DNA of 64,000 nt from a virus, in the IMG/VR virus record IMGVR_UViG_3300013093_000001, positions 32,001 to 96,000 of that record. One strand, 5' to 3'. Positions 49,209-59,181 of this stretch are shown in pieces. Positions within the stretch are counted from its first letter, which is position 1. Every line of letters begins with the position of its first letter. Below the pieces are notes generated by a model that was not told where the DNA came from, did no database searches, and saw only the letters and a list, made by a program, of their open reading frames with translations. The position numbers and the translations under genes are program-made.

Positions 49209-50240
49209 ATGAAAATTGGTTCGGTTTTCTCTGGTGGCGGTGGCCTCGACCTGGCGGTAGAGCAGGTATTCAACGGTCGGGTGGTGTGGCAGTCGGAAAT
49301 CGACCGATCTGCGTCTAGGGTTTTGGCAAAGAGGTTTGGTGCACCAAACCTCGGAGATATCACAACCGTCAACTGGGATTTGGTAGAACCAGTGGACGTG
49401 CTGTGCGGTGGGTTTCCCTGCCAGGACGTCAGCGCCGCAGGCAAGCGCGCCGGAATCAAGGACGGCACCCGCTCCGGTCTGTGGGCTGTGTTTGCTGACG
49501 CCATCGACACCCTGCGCCCGCCCATTGTCATCATCGAAAACGTCAGAGGACTGCTCAGTGCCCGAGCCCATCGCAATATGGAACGCGCAGACACAACTCT
49601 GGGAAACGAGTCAGAGCGATTTATTCTCCGAGCAGCAGGAGCCGTACTCGGCGACCTGGCCGACCTCGGGTATGACGCGCAATGGACAACTATTGCCGCT
49701 GGCGATGTCGGGGCACCGCACAGGCGAGAACGAGTCTTTGTTGTTGCCTACGCCGGATACGGGAATGACTCCAAACGGTCACGGTCGGCGTGGCGGCACG
49801 AAGGGCAACGGTCACCAGTCAAGCAATTCGCTGGATTCAGAAGTTATGGACATGTAGAGCTGCTGCCGACGCCCAACGCCAGCGATGCATCCGGTGGCGG
49901 TGCCCACCCCGACAAACGAGAAGGACATTCCCGCCAACTCATCGACTACGCGCTGCTCAACAACACCACGGCCTGGGGCAAGTACGCTCCCGCCATCCGA
50001 CGCTGGGAATCCCTGACCCGTCCTGCCCCGGTGCCCACAGAGTTGACCAAGAACGGAAATCCCCGACTCAACGCGGCGTTTTCCGAATGGCTGATGGGCT
50101 GGCCTGCCGGGTGGGTCACCGACCCGGCCATCGGTATCAGCCGCAACGACCAGTTACGCATTCTCGGTAATGGAGTCGTTGTTCAGCAGGCAATTGCTGC
50201 GCTCAACTACCTGCTGCTCACACAAAACATAACGCTGTGA
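49209..50240 (+). CDS. DNA cytosine-5 methyltransferase
   Basis: FSGGGG, GFPCQDVS, ENV, RRERVF and LGNGVV motifs. Confidence 0.92.
   Translation: MKIGSVFSGGGGLDLAVEQVFNGRVVWQSEIDRSASRVLAKRFGAPNLGDITTVNWDLVEPVDVLCGGFPCQDVSAAGKRAGIKDGTRSGLWAVFADAIDTLRPPIVIIENVRGLLSARAHRNMERADTTLGNESERFILRAAGAVLGDLADLGYDAQWTTIAAGDVGAPHRRERVFVVAYAGYGNDSKRSRSAWRHEGQRSPVKQFAGFRSYGHVELLPTPNASDASGGGAHPDKREGHSRQLIDYALLNNTTAWGKYAPAIRRWESLTRPAPVPTELTKNGNPRLNAAFSEWLMGWPAGWVTDPAIGISRNDQLRILGNGVVVQQAIAALNYLLLTQNITL
49558..49857 (+). CDS. Out-of-frame overlapping ORF inside the methylase (beta-subunit-like)
   Basis: SD AGAGGA before GTG 49558; YSATWPTSGMTRNG..SLLLPTP motif. Confidence 0.5.
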   Translation: MPEPIAIWNAQTQLWETSQSDLFSEQQEPYSATWPTSGMTRNGQLLPLAMSGHRTGENESLLLPTPDTGMTPNGHGRRGGTKGNGHQSSNSLDSEVMDM

Positions 50241-50518
50241 CGGCAGCGGCCACGAAGAAGTACGACACCGGCTTCAGTTGGCAGCTACGCGCGAATAAAG
50301 AGGCCGCAACAAAAACGATCACAAGTGTGGTCATGGTGTCACTGTACGCCTGACTCATATTTTCCACACGAGCAGCCTACAGGCAGGGTGGCCGTTAATT
50401 TTAATCCGGGTAAAACACTCAAGGTTATTCCAGTCTGGACCTGCTGGTACCTTCGCAGTGTTATTAACGTCGCTCGTTATTAGCGTCCCGACGATAATGA
50501 CCAGGCTGAGCAGGCGGT

Positions 50519-51334
50519 TCATCTTACCGCTCGTAGTTCCGTTCCCGACTTTGCGCGTTTCCCCCGGCAGTAACTCCCACAGCCGTCACACCTGTACTGG
50601 TTGTAGCCGAAGGTACCGGTGAAGTAGAGGCCAGCGGGTTTAAGCAGCCCTTCCTTACCGCAAGCTATACATACCAGTAACTCATCATCATCTGCGTGTT
50701 TGCGGTGGATAGCGACGTTGATTGGCGTCCACGGCAAGTACGCCACCAACAGCCGTTCCGTTAAAACAACGTCATGGCAGTTGTATTCCTTCATCTTGCG
50801 CTGCGACTCTCTGCGCTCCGCAGCGGTACCGTAGCGGATCTGAAACCAAAGATCGGAACCCTGATGAGCTACCTTCTTATCCCCAAGCCATTGACGCGCA
50901 GACCAGTCGAGGCTTTTGTAGGCTGCACCTTTGCCGAATTTGCGGGTCACTTTGTAAAGGTCCACGCTCTTAGACGGCGCTGGCCGACCTAAACCCAGGA
51001 CACCGCATTCATGTTCAATCCAGCCCAGGTCGAAGCGGTCGCCGTTATAGGTGACAAGGATATGGGCATCATTCATAAGTTGCCACAGGCTTTGCAGCAT
51101 CTTCTTATAGCTGTCAGCGTCGTCATCAAGCCACGAGGCCTTGAAGACGACCTTGTCCTCCCCGAACCATTTGGCTGCGAAACACAAAATGCGGGGCGGT
51201 TTGATGCACCGCGCAGCAGGTAGCCACTTGACATCTGCGCCAAAGGACTCCCAAATACCCCTCTGGGTTTCGATATCAAGGGTCAAGATTTTGGCGTCTG
51301 AGTGCAACGCGGAAACACGCTGGGCAAGGCTCAA
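50519..51334 (-). CDS. RNase H-like/DnaQ-like 3'-5' exonuclease with C-terminal Zn ribbon
   Basis: LDIET, YNGDRFD, SLD, YNCHDV and CIAC..CDGC. Confidence 0.85.
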   Translation of the reverse strand: MSLAQRVSALHSDAKILTLDIETQRGIWESFGADVKWLPAARCIKPPRILCFAAKWFGEDKVVFKASWLDDDADSYKKMLQSLWQLMNDAHILVTYNGDRFDLGWIEHECGVLGLGRPAPSKSVDLYKVTRKFGKGAAYKSLDWSARQWLGDKKVAHQGSDLWFQIRYGTAAERRESQRKMKEYNCHDVVLTERLLVAYLPWTPINVAIHRKHADDDELLVCIACGKEGLLKPAGLYFTGTFGYNQYRCDGCGSYCRGKRAKSGTELRAVR

Positions 51335-51573
51335 GTGGCGGCTCCGGCCGGGTGGTGGTTATAAACATGGTCCCTAAACGGGGTACAGGAAATATCCAGC
51401 CCCTCCTCACAACACATGCGCCACAACCCGCGCACGGAGTTGCCGTCAAATATCCACTGGTCGAATGCTTGTTTGTCTGCTTTCGATAGTTCTGCATACC
51501 AGTTACACGTCGTGCAACCGCGACGACCCTTCAGGCTTTCGCCGTGTTTCTCAATGCGTGTAGCGAGTCCCAT
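51331..51573 (-). CDS. Small Zn-binding hypothetical protein
   Basis: GCTTC.W..FRDH; coupled to the exonuclease. Confidence 0.6.
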   Translation of the reverse strand: MGLATRIEKHGESLKGRRGCTTCNWYAELSKADKQAFDQWIFDGNSVRGLWRMCCEEGLDISCTPFRDHVYNHHPAGAAT

Positions 51574-51805
51574 GCTGCCCTTCCATCAACCCGCGTCAGC
51601 GGGATCGGATCAGTGTTTTCTCTGCTTCCCACATAGTCCCATCTGTTTGCCACTTTACGAGGTAGATATTGCCTTCTGGCTTCATCAAGCTCTCTACGAC
51701 GATACCGACTTGCTTGGTATTTCTGCGCTTGACCACGTCGCCAGCTCTCAGTGTGGGTTTCATCGTGGTTCTTCTGCCATGTACCGTCACAGTGACGTAA
51801 TGCGC

Positions 51806-52066
51806 CTATAGGTCAGCGGTCTTTACAGCGCGGGACAGCATGTTAATGGCGGTTCGATGGATAGGATTATGCCTGGAAATGAGATCGAACCGTGGGTCAA
51901 GCACCCCAGCTAGGTGACCGGCGACAGCGGCGATGGCAAATCTGACCAGTACGGGGTGCTTGTTGCGGTACCTTTCCACCGCATAAGTCATCAAGTCGTC
52001 GGCAATCACCTCATAGACCAGGACACCGGCTATGAGCATGCCCCACGCAACGTCGCCGCTCCGCAC
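51806..52066 (-). CDS. Small membrane protein
   Basis: AW..L.AGV.VYE..GHL mycobacteriophage motif. Confidence 0.6.
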   Translation of the reverse strand: MRSGDVAWGMLIAGVLVYEVIADDLMTYAVERYRNKHPVLVRFAIAAVAGHLAGVLDPRFDLISRHNPIHRTAINMLSRAVKTADL

Positions 52067-52111
52067 ACTCTCAGTATTAACCCACGAAACTGGTTATATG
52101 ACGGTGACGCG

Positions 52112-52378
52112 CTAGGCCCAACCCAAGTCTTTAATCAGCTGATCGGCAATGTCCATGTTCGCTAACAGGCGTTCACTGACGTTTTTTTCTCGTTCAGCTC
52201 TTCGCTCTTTGTTACGTTGAACGTTGAGTTTAGCTACCTGTCTAGCGCACTTAACTTTATTGCGGTACGCCTGCCTCTTAGCTTTGAGTTTTTCCTGCTC
52301 CCGCTTCTTGGCTTGCAAGGCGCGGTACTCACTCACCAGCATGGGTCGCCCGTACCGCATCGGCCACGGTTCACTCAT
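52112..52378 (-). CDS. Basic hypothetical protein
   Basis: Coherent ORF in a leftward operon. Confidence 0.45.
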   Translation of the reverse strand: MSEPWPMRYGRPMLVSEYRALQAKKREQEKLKAKRQAYRNKVKCARQVAKLNVQRNKERRAEREKNVSERLLANMDIADQLIKDLGWA

Positions 52379-53608
52379 AGCTACAAAAATAACGTCAAGA
52401 GTGGTATGCCGTCAAGAAAGCAAGTACGCAGACGGCGGCAACCAGACACGGCAACTCCAAGCTGTCACCTATGAACATTTGGATAGTGGCGTACACGGTG
52501 GCGGTGACGGCAATGAGGAGCAGAAAATAACTCAGTAGGCGCGTTGTCATGCGCTGGCCGCCGGAACCATTTTGGCGAAAATATCGTCTACGATGTCCGT
52601 TGCCAGGTTCAGGGACATCTCGTAAGACATATTGGTGCTGCAATTGCTTAGGTGGCTGTAGACCAGTTTGATGAGGTCATGTCGCGCCTCTAGGTACAGT
52701 ATGACCAACTCTGCATCTTCTTGTCCCATGTCATTCCCTTTCTTTGGTTAACAACACCCTATTATATGCCAGCGGACGGGTATATAATGCGTGTGTGACA
52801 GATCAGAATATGACAAGAACAAGCCAGAACTTCATGAGCGTTGTGGAGGTGGTGGAGCAATTTGATGCCATGCGGCATGAGTTGGAGCAGCTACACCGCC
52901 GCAACATTGAGTTAGAGAACATGGTCACGTTGGGAGATTTCCTGTGTGACTCCTGTAGTCGTCAAGTGGTTCCCGCGCCGTCTAGCGACGGCTGTTACAT
53001 GTTTATTTGTGAGCGGTGTATGGAACTTAAACGGTTCAGCAGTAAGGATGCGCGGGACGGTTGGGAGAGGACACACCGCGCCGCAGGTTGCTAACCGACC
53101 GGGACAGGGGTAAGGATGGAAATGTGAAAGCACAAGACCAGGACCGGCATTATCAACTGAACGCGGGTCAGCGCGACCAAATGATATGGCAGCTACGAAA
53201 ACGTGGTATGCCTATGCACAAGATCGCCAAACGTGTCGGCATGTCAGCGTCAGGAGTCTGCCGTGCACTTGAAAGAATGAAAGCTGGCAGGTCAGGCGTT
53301 GACAGGCGCGATACTTAATGCCCGCCTACCTCTGTCCGGTGTGCTTGCTGCGCGTTGCGCCGACACAACGACATAAAATCGTCAGCCACCTGGACAAATT
53401 GAACAAAATCTGTCCAGGTTCAAGCCAGCCCTGGGCTATAGCCGTCCGAAAAAACATTTTGAAGCCAAGAACCGCGCAGAAAAAGCCGGTCAAATGACTT
53501 GCATCTTCGGTCATAAATGGCGCAAGAAATTCGCCACAATTGACCCCACGATCCTCCACAGCGACCTTATGATACGAGTATGCGTGCGTTGCAAAAAGGA
53601 ACGAAGCA

Positions 53609-54349
53609 ATGACCATCGGTGACCCCTGCGTCGTCGGAGTGGTTGCACACCCGCAGCGGGAATCCCGTCACCGCCTACTATGCGACTTTGCTCAACCGGA
53701 AGTCTTTTGCCTTGACGACGGCTCCCTAGGCTGCGCCAACAACCATATTGAAGTGTTGACCGAACTGCTTCAATATCCGAGGACAGCCCGGTGGGCCGTG
53801 GTGTTGGAGGACGACGCCGTACCGTGCTTTGAGTTCCGCAAACAACTGCGGTCGGCATTGGAGACAAGTCCAGCACCAATTATCAGCCTGTACCTTGGGA
53901 CGGGTAACCCCAGCGGCCACATCCAGCGTCAATTCAAAGCCGCCGTGGACACTGCTACCGCCAAAGGGCACAGCTGGATTATGGGCGACTGCCTGGTACC
54001 GGGCGTCGGGTACGCCATTGAACGAACACTTCTGCGCGACCTCATAAAAACGCTGCCCACACGGTCAGAAGAATTAACCATGCGGATAACGCGCTGGGCA
54101 CAGTCTCGGGGCTACCCCGTCGCCTACACCAGACCCAGCCTGGTAGACCATGAGGATAGCGACCCTATAGGCAGACCCTGGCGTGGCAGCAACTACCTCC
54201 CGCGCAAGGCTTGGTCTTTTAGTACCGGAACAGACATTTACGCCTGGGATACTCCCTTCACGGAGTTAGGCCATTGCGGCAACTGGAGCATCCCAGAGGC
54301 TGAAGAAGAAGTGACCGACTTTTTGCCGCCGTCGAAGATTTATGGCTAG
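53609..54349 (+). CDS. Glycosyltransferase (GT25-like)
   Basis: VVAH..R, GCANNH, VVLEDDA, SLYLG and PSLVDH. Confidence 0.8.
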   Translation: MTIGDPCVVGVVAHPQRESRHRLLCDFAQPEVFCLDDGSLGCANNHIEVLTELLQYPRTARWAVVLEDDAVPCFEFRKQLRSALETSPAPIISLYLGTGNPSGHIQRQFKAAVDTATAKGHSWIMGDCLVPGVGYAIERTLLRDLIKTLPTRSEELTMRITRWAQSRGYPVAYTRPSLVDHEDSDPIGRPWRGSNYLPRKAWSFSTGTDIYAWDTPFTELGHCGNWSIPEAEEEVTDFLPPSKIYG

Positions 54350-54641
54350 GTTGCGCCATCAGTACGTCGACACTTCCTAATGGACGTTGCCTCCGTTGCG
54401 GCCATGACAAAGACAGTCACGACAAAGACGGAAAATGTCAAATCAAAATACAAACAGATTGGGACGAGCAGAAGCGCGCCTTCTTAGGGGAACGCCAGTG
54501 TTCTTGTCTGGTCTACACGACCGTTCAAGACCCTCAACCGACGGCAGATCAGGAAGCCCCCAAGAAACACTGTTGCCCACATGAATATATGAAGTCCAGC
54601 CTAATCTGTGTTCACTGCGGCCAACGGCGCAAACCCCGCTT

Positions 54642-55280
54642 ATGAGCGTGGCCGTATGTATACCGTGGCGACCGTCCAAGCGAAGGGAGCCGCCGTATCG
54701 GCGCGTAAGAGAGTTTTGGGAAGCAACTGGGTGGCCGATATACACCGCAGACAGCGACAGCCGCATATTCAGCGCAAGTCAAGCGAGAAATAATGCGGTA
54801 CGGCAAGCTGATGCAGAGGTAGTTGTCGTCGCGGATGCCGACAGCATACCGCCGATGAAGAATGTCAGAGCCGCCGTACAAAACCCGCAGGGCTTTATCT
54901 GGCCCTTCACCCGAACTCTCATTATCGACGGTTGTTGGACCGGACCCCTAAGCAAAGCCCGTGTCCAGAAGGAATACGACGGTATAGGCGGGGTTACCAT
55001 TTGCCGCAGGTCAGAGTATTTACGGGTCGGCGGTCAGCCTGAAGAATTCTACGGGTGGGGTTATGAGGTCATGGCCTTTCATGTCATCGCGCAAACGCTG
55101 TCCACGACACAGCGCATTCCGGGTGTTCTTTATTCCCTCAACCATAATGATGAAGAAGGACGTTCCGACTCCCCATGCTGGGACAGAGACAGGACTGACA
55201 ATGAAGTCCTGCTTAAACCCTACCTCAACGCCATGCAGCGACCGTGGCTGATGCGTGAACTGCTCTCGGAACGGATTTAG
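54642..55280 (+). CDS. Glycosyltransferase (galactosyltransferase-like GT2/GT7)
   Basis: IPWR, ARNNA, ADAD and GG.PEEFYGWGYE. Confidence 0.8.
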   Translation: MSVAVCIPWRPSKRREPPYRRVREFWEATGWPIYTADSDSRIFSASQARNNAVRQADAEVVVVADADSIPPMKNVRAAVQNPQGFIWPFTRTLIIDGCWTGPLSKARVQKEYDGIGGVTICRRSEYLRVGGQPEEFYGWGYEVMAFHVIAQTLSTTQRIPGVLYSLNHNDEEGRSDSPCWDRDRTDNEVLLKPYLNAMQRPWLMRELLSERI

Positions 55281-55439
55281 AGCGGTTCGTCAATGCCGCC
55301 ACCGACTCGCGGTGTCGGGCCATCGTCCAGCTTCTCAACCGTCCATACGATCACCATTATCAAGCCAATACACCCGACCAGGGTCAGCAGCATCGTCAAC
55401 ATGAGCAGACCCGCCACCACGAATATGTCCATGCAGTCC

Positions 55440-56147
55440 TCATTGGTCGTCCGGCAATTCAATTATTTTGGTCACCGCGACCTTTTCCGGCAACACCACA
55501 ACCTCTTGCTCAGACCTGCCGTCAAAGTAGGCGATGATGTCTTTTTTGGCGACCGTACCTACTACAAGATTACGCGCCTCATCTTTGCCTGCCAAGCGCC
55601 GCGCAAAGAATTTAGCGACTACCGGATTAGTTGACCAGGAGAAGCCGTGTTGTATGCCGCGACCGGGGAAACCCCGATACACAGTGACCTCACCCGGCAG
55701 GTCGTGCTTAATGACGTTGCGTTCCTCCTGTTGCATCATTGCGTACCGGCAGGGTCGGTGACTACTCAACAGGTGTCGCCACTCCGACATGTTCTGCCGT
55801 ATGTTCTCGCTGTCTGTCCATATGTCACCTAGCAGGGACCAATACTTCTTGTCAGGCAAAATGTCCTCCACGGACATAAAAGCATCCAGCCGGTACGGGC
55901 GCTCATGGAGGAATATGAAACGGTCCCAACGCCTGGTATTCCGCGCCTTGTTGACAGCCAACTTCTTCTCTCGTAACTGTCGATTGACCAGCGCATTCAT
56001 GGCGTCAAAGTGGGGCACACTAAAAACAAGGGGGTGACGCAGCATAGGCCACCCCAAATCCTCGTTTTCCTCCAGGTAATACTCCAGTTCCGCGCTCAGC
56101 GGCTCCTGCTTAGACATCAAGTCCTGTAGTTCTGTCAGCAAATTCAC
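55440..56147 (-). CDS. Hypothetical protein with ADP-ribosyltransferase-like C-terminus
   Basis: VYRG, SWST and EQEVV (R-S-ExE pattern). Confidence 0.55.
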   Translation of the reverse strand: MNLLTELQDLMSKQEPLSAELEYYLEENEDLGWPMLRHPLVFSVPHFDAMNALVNRQLREKKLAVNKARNTRRWDRFIFLHERPYRLDAFMSVEDILPDKKYWSLLGDIWTDSENIRQNMSEWRHLLSSHRPCRYAMMQQEERNVIKHDLPGEVTVYRGFPGRGIQHGFSWSTNPVVAKFFARRLAGKDEARNLVVGTVAKKDIIAYFDGRSEQEVVVLPEKVAVTKIIELPDDQ

Positions 56148-56733
56148 CCAACTACCTCCGTCACAGGCGGCAGCGGTACTTCCGGCTTAAAAAAGTTGTG
56201 CATAGCCTCCGCTTCGCCGCAGTCGCTACAGATGTTGGTTTTGTTGTCGCAACGAGATGTTGCGGGGTAACTTTTAATCTCAGCGCCGCAACGTGGACAA
56301 ACAAGACCGGACCACCAGTCAGCCGTCATTAATCGGTCCCTTCTCAAGTCTGGCGACCGTTTGCCGCCATTACACAACTTTAGGCCACCACAGCTACCTT
56401 CACCAGTCGGTAGAGGTAACGAGGGATTCCAGTTTGCTGATGAATTCACGCAGGTCTTTGACATCAAACCATGTGAAGTCGCCGTTGTATCCCTGCCAAG
56501 GACCAATGACGACCTCATTGAGTCCGGTGTCAATCCGCATGTCTGGTACTGTACTGTCGCTCATTTGTCACACGGCGCAATGATCAGACCTGGGCAGGCA
56601 TCACCCTGTGGCGGGTCGGTCAACATCTTTATGTAAGCCGGTAGGAATGGCTCACCGGTCGGCTGTGGTGGCGCGGCAGCTTCCGTAGTTCCACACGCAG
56701 AAGTAACTAACACAACTGCAACCAGCAGTCGCC

Positions 56734-57210
56734 TCATGCCATTCCTCTTCCTGTTGTGATTCCTTCTTCCCAGTCACGCTGACGCGCCTTACTAGGTCCG
56801 TTCACTGCGACGTTTTCCTCTTGTGTTGTCACTAGGCCGTCTTGTATTAAGTACGGGAAGTCGTCTTGTAGCGCTTCCGGCAGTATCCACAAATGGTACT
56901 CGTTTGCTTGATCTGTCAGCTTAGACTCCGGTGGAAAAACCTCAATGCCAATTCGTTCGGGACCAGCTACCTCATTCTTAATTGCCTGCATGTGTCGCCA
57001 GTCGCGGATGGCTCTACGGTCATGCCGGTGGAAACTGACATGCAACGCGCCGAACCCTATGTCACGAACGAACACACTGTATAGATCGTTCCTGTAAGTA
57101 GCCTTCGGGACGGACATTCCAGCATTTATATAAAACTGCGCTGTCGTCTCGCATAGCTGAAGTGGTTGCCATCGGTGCCTCTGCTGCGGATTCCTCCTGC
57201 TTTTATTCAC
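56734..57210 (-). CDS. Conserved phage hypothetical protein
   Basis: DWRHMQAIKNEVAG.E...EVFPPES.L.DQANEYHLW; promoter TTGCGA-N17-AATAAT at 57258-57286. Confidence 0.7.
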   Translation of the reverse strand: MNKSRRNPQQRHRWQPLQLCETTAQFYINAGMSVPKATYRNDLYSVFVRDIGFGALHVSFHRHDRRAIRDWRHMQAIKNEVAGPERIGIEVFPPESKLTDQANEYHLWILPEALQDDFPYLIQDGLVTTQEENVAVNGPSKARQRDWEEGITTGRGMA

Positions 57211-57287
57211 TACCTCTCCTGCTCTTTGCTTGATTTGGCCTTTTGCCGCCAGCTACAATTATTTGTAAATTGTTTATTGCTCGCAAC

Positions 57288-57704
57288 CTACGACACCGCC
57301 TGTCGCATCAGGTCCGAGAACTCCATAAGGTGGCCGTACTTACGTTTCAGGTCACCGATTTCCCGCTGGAGCTCTTTCAACAGGATTTTCGTTAGGAACT
57401 CATCCTGTACTAGTTCCTCTGTCGGAATGTACCCAGTCCGTCTGTCGCCAGCTTCATGGAATGACTGGAAAGCCCTCACGTACCGACGCTCTCCAGACGG
57501 CGCATCGGGTATTTGAATGCGTACAGACCTCACCAACTCAGCAGCCTGTACCTTCCGGTAAGCCTCTCCCGCAACGGTGTCGTCCCATTCAAACCGATGG
57601 TGGAGGGGCGCGTCCAACGGACGCGCCTCCTCGACAACCAGTTCTGGCGTTAACTCACCGTGGTTACGGTAAATTGCCGTCAAAACATCACGCAGGTTTG
57701 ACAT
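57288..57704 (-). CDS. Conserved phage protein, partner of the RAMP-like gene
   Basis: LTPELVVEEAR...PLHHRFEWDD..A...YR..QA; start overlaps the stop of the RAMP-like gene. Confidence 0.75.
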   Translation of the reverse strand: MSNLRDVLTAIYRNHGELTPELVVEEARPLDAPLHHRFEWDDTVAGEAYRKVQAAELVRSVRIQIPDAPSGERRYVRAFQSFHEAGDRRTGYIPTEELVQDEFLTKILLKELQREIGDLKRKYGHLMEFSDLMRQAVS

Positions 57705-58366
57705 CAGCCTTCAATGCCAATCTCAACACTGCGGTCCACCTCGTACGTCCCGTACTCACCACGCTTTTCTGGCCGCCACTCACCGACCCCAATACCCATG
57801 CCGCCAGCGTCAATGAGAGACAGCACGCTGTTGCGGTCAATGGATGACTTGACGTAGGTCACCGTCAGTACCGTCGTCCATTCGGGGAACATTGGACGGT
57901 ATCGCAGGTCAGCCGACCGGGATGGACCGCCTAACCTGACCACGTCCTCACGCATCTCCGGTACACCCTTGATTTCGACCAACATTTGCGGGTCGGCCTT
58001 AGTCAAAACGCCGCGAAAAAACAGGAACTGCCGCAACGCCGTCATCGTGATGGACTTGTCGTAGAACCTGGCCGCGCTTGTCGTCGCCGCCTTAAACGCG
58101 GTGACAGGGAAGCCGTAAGCCTCTACCGGCTGGTCCGGTGTTCCCACGTTCGGCATGTCACTACGCAGGATGCGGTAAAAAGATGCCTCATACTCTGCTT
58201 TGGGGTCGCGGATTTCCTTGACCTTTTTCTTACCTTGCTGCGCCTCCAGCATCTGCCGCTTAGACTTCTCGCTAAAGTTGTGGACAATCAGCGGAGATGT
58301 ACCGATGATCGGTACATACAGCGTTTCTACGTCAATTCTGTCTAGCTTTACGTTATCTGTCGTCAC
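57704..58366 (-). CDS. Cas7/RAMP-like RNA-binding protein (putative Vipr-type effector)
   Basis: IIGTSPLIVH first strand, GFPVTAFKAA helix motif and C-terminal Gly-rich loop GIGVGEWRPEKRGEYGTYEV. Confidence 0.7.
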   Translation of the reverse strand: MTTDNVKLDRIDVETLYVPIIGTSPLIVHNFSEKSKRQMLEAQQGKKKVKEIRDPKAEYEASFYRILRSDMPNVGTPDQPVEAYGFPVTAFKAATTSAARFYDKSITMTALRQFLFFRGVLTKADPQMLVEIKGVPEMREDVVRLGGPSRSADLRYRPMFPEWTTVLTVTYVKSSIDRNSVLSLIDAGGMGIGVGEWRPEKRGEYGTYEVDRSVEIGIEG

Positions 58367-58375
58367 TACACTTAC

Positions 58376-58439
58376 CTCTCCTTATGGGTCAGCCCGTTGC
58401 CGACCTCGTACCCTGTCCAAGTTTGACCCTGACCAGGGC
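58376..58439 (-). repeat. Isolated copy of the double-hairpin element upstream of the RAMP-like gene
   Basis: GCCCTGGTCAGG-GTCAAA-CTTGGACAGGGT-ACGA-GGTCGGC-AACGG-GCTGACC followed by SD AAGGAGAGG. Confidence 0.75.
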
Positions 58440-58544
58440 TCGCGTGCCACGACGGGGTTCCTTATGCCACGCCTGCTGACCCGCATATATATATATACGG
58501 TAAATAAAACCGGCTTACTTCACCAGGCCAACTTGTCATGCCCA

Positions 58545-59152
58545 GCACTGCCTGCCGTGCTAAGCCCAGCCCAGCCGCACCAAACCCGACCTCGCCGTAC
58601 CGTACCTCGCCTGCCTCGCCGTGCCAGACCCGACCTCGCCATGCCAGACCTCACCGCGCCAAACCGTACCGCGCCCCGCCTGCCATGCCATGCCTTGCGA
58701 TGCCATGCCGTACCACGCCTCACCTTGCCTGCCTCGCTAGCCTCACCTTGCCTGCCTCGCCATACCATTCCTCGCCTCGCCTTGCCGCGCCTGCCTTGCC
58801 ACACCCTGCCTCGACACGCCAAGCAAAGCCCAGCCTCGCCTGCCATGACTTGCCTCAACGTGACATACCCGGCCTTGACCCGCCTGCCCTGCCTTGACTT
58901 GCCTCGACTTGCCTCAACCAGCCTCGACTGCCGCGCCACACCGCGCCAGACCGCGCCATCCACACCCAGCCGCTCCGTGCCTCGACTGCGTCGCCGCGCC
59001 ATGCCTGACCGGGACTGCCTCGCCATACCAGGCCGTGCCGTGCCATGCCAAACCGCGCCCTGCCCGGTCCCGCCATGCCTTGCCACGCCTTGACTGCCGT
59101 GACTTGACAAACCCCGCCGTGCCCAACCAAACCTGACCATGCCTGCCAGCCA
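58545..59152 (-). ncRNA. Segmented GGY-NN pentamer array (putative guide-RNA array)
   Basis: Over 100 pentamers with a near-constant GG(C/T) and a variable NN; 13 GGCAG(G/T)C-type delimiters give 12 segments of 23-79 nt. Confidence 0.75.
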
Positions 59153-59181
59153 GCTAGGTTGCCTTGTCGAACAATGCTCTG

